Assembly: GCA_046735395.1 (NCBI GenBank)
Contig: JBJKQR010000012.1
Location: 32,001-96,000 of the forward strand
Direction: 5' to 3'
DNA from: Fidelibacterota bacterium
GTDB taxonomy: Bacteria; Fidelibacterota; Fidelibacteria; Fidelibacterales; DSDE01
Length of the DNA: 64,000 nt
Shown piece by piece: positions 59,167 to 64,000 of this stretch. Positions within the stretch are counted from its first letter, which is position 1. Each line of letters begins with the position of its first letter. The notes under the pieces were generated by a model, which was not told the DNA's origin, did no database searches, and saw nothing but the letters and a program-made list of their open reading frames with translations. A program made the translations under genes and the position numbers.

Positions 59167-60591
59167 ATATATGACTTCGTCCAGAAACCGGGCGACTTTT
59201 TCTACAGATGCAATATTCAGCCGTTCATCCGGGCTGTGGGGCGATTCGATAGTGGGGCCGATGGAGATCATGTCCATTCCGGCATATTTCGAACCGATAA
59301 TTCCACATTCCAGACCGGCATGAATAATTTCCACTTTGGCTTCTTTGCCGAATTTTTTCAGGTAAACCTGCTGACAGCGCTTGAGGAGATCGGATTCGAA
59401 ATTCGGTTCCCAGGACGGATAGCCATTCCCGGACTTCACGGAGGCTCCGGCCAGATTGCCGATGGCTTCAATCCGGGCCGTCAGGGCAGACAGAATACTC
59501 ATCTGTGAGCTGCGCTGACTGAGCTGAACGGATATTTCATTATTTTCAAAACGGATTCGTGCAAGATTGGAAGAGCTTTCGACAAGACCGGAAATGCGCC
59601 GGCTCATGCTGTTTACACCATGAGGAAGTGCCAGAAGCATGGATATAAGCCGCGTCTGGAATTCTTCACTCATGACCATTCCCGATTCATCCTCCGCCGG
59701 TTCGAGGAGTACGCGGACAGTACCTTCGGTGCCGGCATATTCTGAAACAAAAAAAGCGGCACATTCATCGAGTGATCTCCGGATTTCCGTCAGATCATCG
59801 GGCGACAGTGCGATGAGGGCACGGGCCTCCCTGGGAATGGCGTTGTGGGCCGTTCCGCCATGAATGGACAGGAGGCGAACTCTGCCTTTCAGGGTGTGCA
59901 GCGCGCGGGCGAGAAATTGAATGGCATTTGCCTTCTGTTTGTGAATGTCCACGCCGCTGTGTCCGCCGCTGAGGCCGGTCACTTTCAGTAAATAGACGGA
60001 AAGATCCTGATCGAGCGGAGTCATGTCCGGCTTGAGGGTGATGCGGGTATCGCGTCCTCCGGCACAGCCGATGGTGAAGACTCCCTCATCTTCCGAATCG
60101 ATATTGATGAGGATTTTGCCATCAACAAAATCCGGAGACAGGTTATTTGCGCCGGTCAGGCCCGTTTCTTCATCTACCGTAAACAGCAATTCCATGGGCG
60201 GGTGGACGAGATCGGGATCGGTTGCCGCGGCCAGTGCCATGGCCAGAGCGATGCCGTTATCAGATCCCAGTGTGGTACCGTCCGCATGCAGCCAGCCATC
60301 TTCAAGGATATGCCGGATCGGATCATGAGCAAAATCGTGGACCGTATCCTCATTCTTTTCACACACCATGTCCATATGCCCCTGCAGCACGACGATCTGA
60401 GCATCCTCATTTCCCGGAGTGGCGGGTACACGGATCAGAACATTGTTGAAGGTATCGCGTTTGGTCTGAAATTTATGTTCATCAGCCCAGCTGCACAGCC
60501 AGTCTGATATCTTCTTTTCATTTTTCGAACAGCGCGGAACTTTATTGATCTGTTCGAATTCTGTCAGGATACGTGTGAGTTGATCGGACAT
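59152..60591 (-). CDS. pepD: Aminoacyl-histidine dipeptidase (M20C)
   Basis: LQGHMDMVCEK, GTTLGSDNGI, TVDEETG, GGHSG, HAGLECG, HSPDE. Confidence 0.92.
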   Translation of the reverse strand: MSDQLTRILTEFEQINKVPRCSKNEKKISDWLCSWADEHKFQTKRDTFNNVLIRVPATPGNEDAQIVVLQGHMDMVCEKNEDTVHDFAHDPIRHILEDGWLHADGTTLGSDNGIALAMALAAATDPDLVHPPMELLFTVDEETGLTGANNLSPDFVDGKILINIDSEDEGVFTIGCAGGRDTRITLKPDMTPLDQDLSVYLLKVTGLSGGHSGVDIHKQKANAIQFLARALHTLKGRVRLLSIHGGTAHNAIPREARALIALSPDDLTEIRRSLDECAAFFVSEYAGTEGTVRVLLEPAEDESGMVMSEEFQTRLISMLLALPHGVNSMSRRISGLVESSSNLARIRFENNEISVQLSQRSSQMSILSALTARIEAIGNLAGASVKSGNGYPSWEPNFESDLLKRCQQVYLKKFGKEAKVEIIHAGLECGIIGSKYAGMDMISIGPTIESPHSPDERLNIASVEKVARFLDEVIYSFCH

Positions 60592-60742
60592 ATTTTCCCT
60601 CGTCATTAATGGAATGAATTTACACATTAAGGAGGCTGAATGCAGGTATTTTCTCATCGGAACAGGTTATGGAAAAGCTTGGGACCGACACGGTGCATTC
60701 TCACAAAAATTTTGTATATTTGGCAGGAAAACGGAGGTCGTT

Positions 60743-62512
60743 ATGTACAGGGAAAATTTAAAGCTGATACGCGAGCTGATGGCACGTGAGAATATTGATT
60801 TTTGGTATGTCAGCGGTTCGGATCCACACCAGAGTGAATATGTGGCGGAACGGTGGCGAAGCCGGGCATGGCTGAGCGGATTTACAGGATCTGCAGGACG
60901 AATCATTATATCCCAGGATATGGCCGGGCTGTGGACGGACTCACGATATTATCTGCAGGCAACGGCTCAGCTGGCAAACAGCGGGTTCACTCTTTTCAAA
61001 GACGGGATGCCGGAGGTACCGAATCCGGAGCAATGGCTGAAAAACAATTTCAAGGCCGGGCAGTGTCTCGGTTTTGATGCCGCCACGGTTTCAAGGGAAA
61101 AATATACGGAACTCAAGCAGCTGCTGGCTGATCTGAATGCTTCATTTTATACATCAGATGACCTTGTTCAGAAAATATGGACTGATCGTCCGGAAATGCC
61201 GGCGACCCGGGTCTGGAATTTTCCGGTGGAATACTGTGGTGTTGCTCGGGAAGAAAAACTGAAGACGATGCGGGAACGGATGAATACGCTTGATGCCGAT
61301 GCCATATTGCTTGCGTCTCTGGATGATATTGCCTGGCTGCTAAACTACCGCGGCTCAGATGTGGATTTCAGCCCCGTCGCCCTTGCCTATTTCCTGCTGA
61401 AACTGAATACAGCGGATCTGTACATTGTTGAATCCAGGCTGGAGGCAGACCTCGCCAAACAGCTGAAACAGGCCGGCGTGAAAATTCATCCCTATGAGGA
61501 TGCCGCGAATCTTGACCGTGAACTGACCGTGAAGGAAAAAATACTGCTTGATCCGAAGCGAATTCCCGTAAAAATGATACAGGGACTGCCGACGGGCGTG
61601 AGAGTGAAAGAGATACGTGACATCAGCACGGATATGAAAGCCGTGAAGAATGAAACGGAACTGGCGGGCATGAAATCGTCTCATGTTCAGGACGGTGCAG
61701 CCATGGTGAAATGGTGGCTGTGGTTTGAATCGAATATAGGCCGCATTCCGATGGATGAAATCAATATTACGGATACGCTGGCCGAGTACAGAAGTCAGGG
61801 CGTGGGCTTTGAAGGGCTGAGCTTTTCACCCATTGCCGGGTTCGGTGCCAACGGAGCCATCGTTCATTATTCCGCGACCCCTTCATCCGCCGCCAGGATT
61901 ACTGAAAACGGAATTCTGCTGCTGGATTCGGGAGGCCACTATCTGACCGGTACGACAGATATTACCCGGACTTTTGCCGTCGGAAAACCCGGCTCCGATG
62001 AAAAGAAACATTATACTCTCGTTCTGAAAGGACATCTTGCGCTGGCTGCGGCCACATTTCCGAAGGGAACGACCGGGAGCCGCCTGGAACTGCTGGCGCG
62101 TCAGCCGCTGTGGAAGCAGGGCCTGAATTACGGACATGGTACAGGCCATGGAGTGGGACACTATCTGAATGTGCATGAAGGGCCGGCCGGCATTTCTCCC
62201 CTGAATCATCTGCCCCTCGAAAAGGGAATGGTCTTAAGCAATGAACCGGGATTGTATTTTGAGGGTGCCTATGGTATCCGCATTGAAAATATGGTGGCCG
62301 TGAAGGACAGCAGCGAATTTCCCGGTTTTCTTTCCTTTGAAAACCTGACCTGCTTTCCCTATGATCTGAATCTGATTGATGAATCACTTCTCAGCCCGGA
62401 AGAAAAGGAACAGATAAACCGGTACCATCGTTTCGTACGGAAAAGTCTGGATCCATGGTTGAATGAGGAAGAAAAAACCTTTCTGGCCGGAAAGACGAAT
62501 GAGCTGAACTGA
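60743..62512 (+). CDS. Xaa-Pro aminopeptidase (aminopeptidase P, M24B)
   Basis: DPHQSEY, GFTGSAG, DSGGHY..GTTDITRT, HGTGHGVG..L.VHEGP, SNEPG, GIRIEN; RBS GGAGG before ATG 60743. Confidence 0.93.
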   Translation: MYRENLKLIRELMARENIDFWYVSGSDPHQSEYVAERWRSRAWLSGFTGSAGRIIISQDMAGLWTDSRYYLQATAQLANSGFTLFKDGMPEVPNPEQWLKNNFKAGQCLGFDAATVSREKYTELKQLLADLNASFYTSDDLVQKIWTDRPEMPATRVWNFPVEYCGVAREEKLKTMRERMNTLDADAILLASLDDIAWLLNYRGSDVDFSPVALAYFLLKLNTADLYIVESRLEADLAKQLKQAGVKIHPYEDAANLDRELTVKEKILLDPKRIPVKMIQGLPTGVRVKEIRDISTDMKAVKNETELAGMKSSHVQDGAAMVKWWLWFESNIGRIPMDEINITDTLAEYRSQGVGFEGLSFSPIAGFGANGAIVHYSATPSSAARITENGILLLDSGGHYLTGTTDITRTFAVGKPGSDEKKHYTLVLKGHLALAAATFPKGTTGSRLELLARQPLWKQGLNYGHGTGHGVGHYLNVHEGPAGISPLNHLPLEKGMVLSNEPGLYFEGAYGIRIENMVAVKDSSEFPGFLSFENLTCFPYDLNLIDESLLSPEEKEQINRYHRFVRKSLDPWLNEEEKTFLAGKTNELN

Positions 62513-62615
62513 GCAGATGAAGAAAATGCCCGAAGCATTTTTAACAGGGGTGAAGCGTGAGCGGAAACGCCTTCCGCAGCCGGGTGTCATGTCCCGTCGG
62601 ACCGAAAAATATGAA

Positions 62616-62644
62616 TTGAAGATCATAGCCAGGTTTGATATATT
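62616..62644 (+). promoter_or_regulatory. Putative sigma70 promoter for the tRNA
   Basis: TTGAAG, 17 bp spacer, TATATT with an extended -10 TG. Confidence 0.55.
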
Positions 62645-62690
62645 TCATGCTGGTTTTCGGGGACGGCGAAAACCCTCTGCACCGATTTGC

Positions 62691-62764
62691 GCCCCTGTAG
62701 CTCAGGAGGATAGAGCACAGGTTTCCTAAACCTGGTGTCGCCCGTTCGAGTCGGGCCAGGGGTA
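62691..62764 (+). tRNA. tRNA-Arg (anticodon CCT)
   Basis: Cloverleaf: acceptor GCCCCTG/CAGGGGT, D arm GCTC/GAGC, anticodon arm CAGGT-TTCCTAA-ACCTG, T arm GCCCG-TTCGAGT-CGGGC; CCA not encoded. Confidence 0.96.
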
Positions 62765-62792
62765 CTGAGATAAAAAAGAAGGATGTTGACCT

Positions 62793-63470
62793 ATGTTGCA
62801 AGCCAGAAAAAAAATTGCCCGTAAGGAATTGAAGAAGGACCCGTTTTTCGAAAAAATCGATCAGAGTGTGAGACTGTACAATCAGAATAAACGTATGATT
62901 TATTCACTGGTTGTCGTACTCATTGTCATTGCCGCTGCATTCATGCTGTACAAATACTCCATGGATGCCAGGAACACCAAGGCCGCTGCCCAGTTCGGGA
63001 TTGCACAGCAGTATCTGGATCAGGGAGATTTCGACAGCGCGGAGAGCCGTCTCAATGAATTACTGATGTCAGGCGCCGGTAAACATTACAAGGGACTCGC
63101 CAGCTATTACCTGGCTTATACCGCGATGACGCGTCAGGATTATGATAAGGCAAAGCAGCTTTTTAATGATTATCTGAATAATTATCATAACAATGATCTC
63201 TTCAATCAGGCTGCCCTCTCAGGGCTTGGGGAAATCGAAGAGGGAAGCGGCAATTATGCAGGAGCCGCGGATTATTTCAGGCAGGCCGCTGAAATCAGTG
63301 AATCATTCCGTGAGGATTTTACATTGCTGAGTGAGGCTTTTTCGTGTTATATCAAGGCCGGGGACATGAAGGGCGCTGGTGACATTTACAAACTCATGAG
63401 TGCTGATAAATCCATTGCGAAAAATTATTCCAACGATCTGAAGACGCTGAAGAGCCTGCTGGATAATTAA
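62793..63470 (+). CDS. Membrane-anchored TPR protein (YfgM-like)
   Basis: Basic N-terminus RKELKKDPF, single TM, TPR-like helices. Confidence 0.8.
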   Translation: MLQARKKIARKELKKDPFFEKIDQSVRLYNQNKRMIYSLVVVLIVIAAAFMLYKYSMDARNTKAAAQFGIAQQYLDQGDFDSAESRLNELLMSGAGKHYKGLASYYLAYTAMTRQDYDKAKQLFNDYLNNYHNNDLFNQAALSGLGEIEEGSGNYAGAADYFRQAAEISESFREDFTLLSEAFSCYIKAGDMKGAGDIYKLMSADKSIAKNYSNDLKTLKSLLDN

Positions 63471-63542
63471 ATCGGACGGCCCTCGTCCCTATCTACAATA
63501 ATTGGAGCTTGTCCGGGCGTGATGAATCCTATAAATTCTCGC

Positions 63543-64000
63543 ATGACAGAGCTGCCGGCGCTGCAATTAGATGAATCGGACCTTGTGTGGGAGACCCTCC
63601 GTGAGTTTATTCAACATCCGCGGAGAGTTGAACTGGACAAACCCATCTATGATCAGCTGGTCAGAACCCGATTGTACGTGGAGGCGGAAATCCGCAGGAA
63701 TATAGCTATTTATGGCGTAAATACCGGTTTCGGCCGTCTGGCTTCCATTCAGATTCCCGGTGACCAGCTGGAAGAGCTGCAGGAAAACCTGATTCTGTCC
63801 CATGCTGCCGGTGTAGGTAAACCTGTTCGGAAGGATATTGTCCGGCTCATGCTGCTCATCAAGATTCAGAGTCTGACGCGGGGATATTCCGGTATCCGTC
63901 CCGAGGTGGTGGACGGACTTCGATTTTTGCTCAATGAAGATCAGATACCTGTCGTTCCTGAACAGGGTTCTGTGGGAGCCAGCGGAGATCTGGCGCCGCT
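63543..64000 (+). CDS. hutH: Histidine ammonia-lyase, 5' part (runs off the window; absent from the ORF track)
   Basis: Hand translation gives IYGVNTGFG, LQENLILSHAAGVG, GYSGIR and QGSVGASGDLAP (MIO-forming ASG); alternative in-frame ATG at 63522. Confidence 0.9.
   Translation, partial: MTELPALQLDESDLVWETLREFIQHPRRVELDKPIYDQLVRTRLYVEAEIRRNIAIYGVNTGFGRLASIQIPGDQLEELQENLILSHAAGVGKPVRKDIVRLMLLIKIQSLTRGYSGIRPEVVDGLRFLLNEDQIPVVPEQGSVGASGDLAP

Noticed and set aside
62691..62800. tRNA-anchored genomic island
   Set aside because: No integrase and no duplicated tRNA 3' end seen; housekeeping-type genes follow directly.
62517..62801. ORFs 62517-62729 (+) and 62541-62801 (-)
   Set aside because: They overlap the tRNA-Arg gene and its promoter; typical spurious translations.

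Overview
Dense bacterial chromosomal window with about 55 supportable CDS, one tRNA-Arg(CCT), and no recognisable transposase, integrase, prophage, rRNA or CRISPR-Cas. Gene content suggests a peptide/amino-acid-degrading organism with anaerobic energy metabolism; FCB-group affinity is only a guess. Main blocks: pyruvate dehydrogenase aceE-aceF-lpdA behind a near-consensus sigma70 promoter with a perfect palindromic operator; miaB; htpG; several histidine kinases and a free Hpt protein; a chemosensory cluster (double-Hpt cheA-cheR-cheD-HDOD-cheY-cheX-cheB) with no MCP or cheW, followed directly by a ~360-bp array of ~39-bp degenerate repeats built on a 9-bp CACGAA period; buk-ptb followed by a thiol-redox cluster (ECF sigma, Cys-rich anti-sigma, glutaredoxin, orphan groES, CoA-disulfide reductase, CcmH-like, DUF1858-like); a fermentation locus (ald, CoA transferase, NfnAB-like, VOR-type oxidoreductase, Usp); and many peptidases, gcvT, ftsK, RNase H and a partial hutH. 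All calls come from reading motifs by eye; no searches were run.
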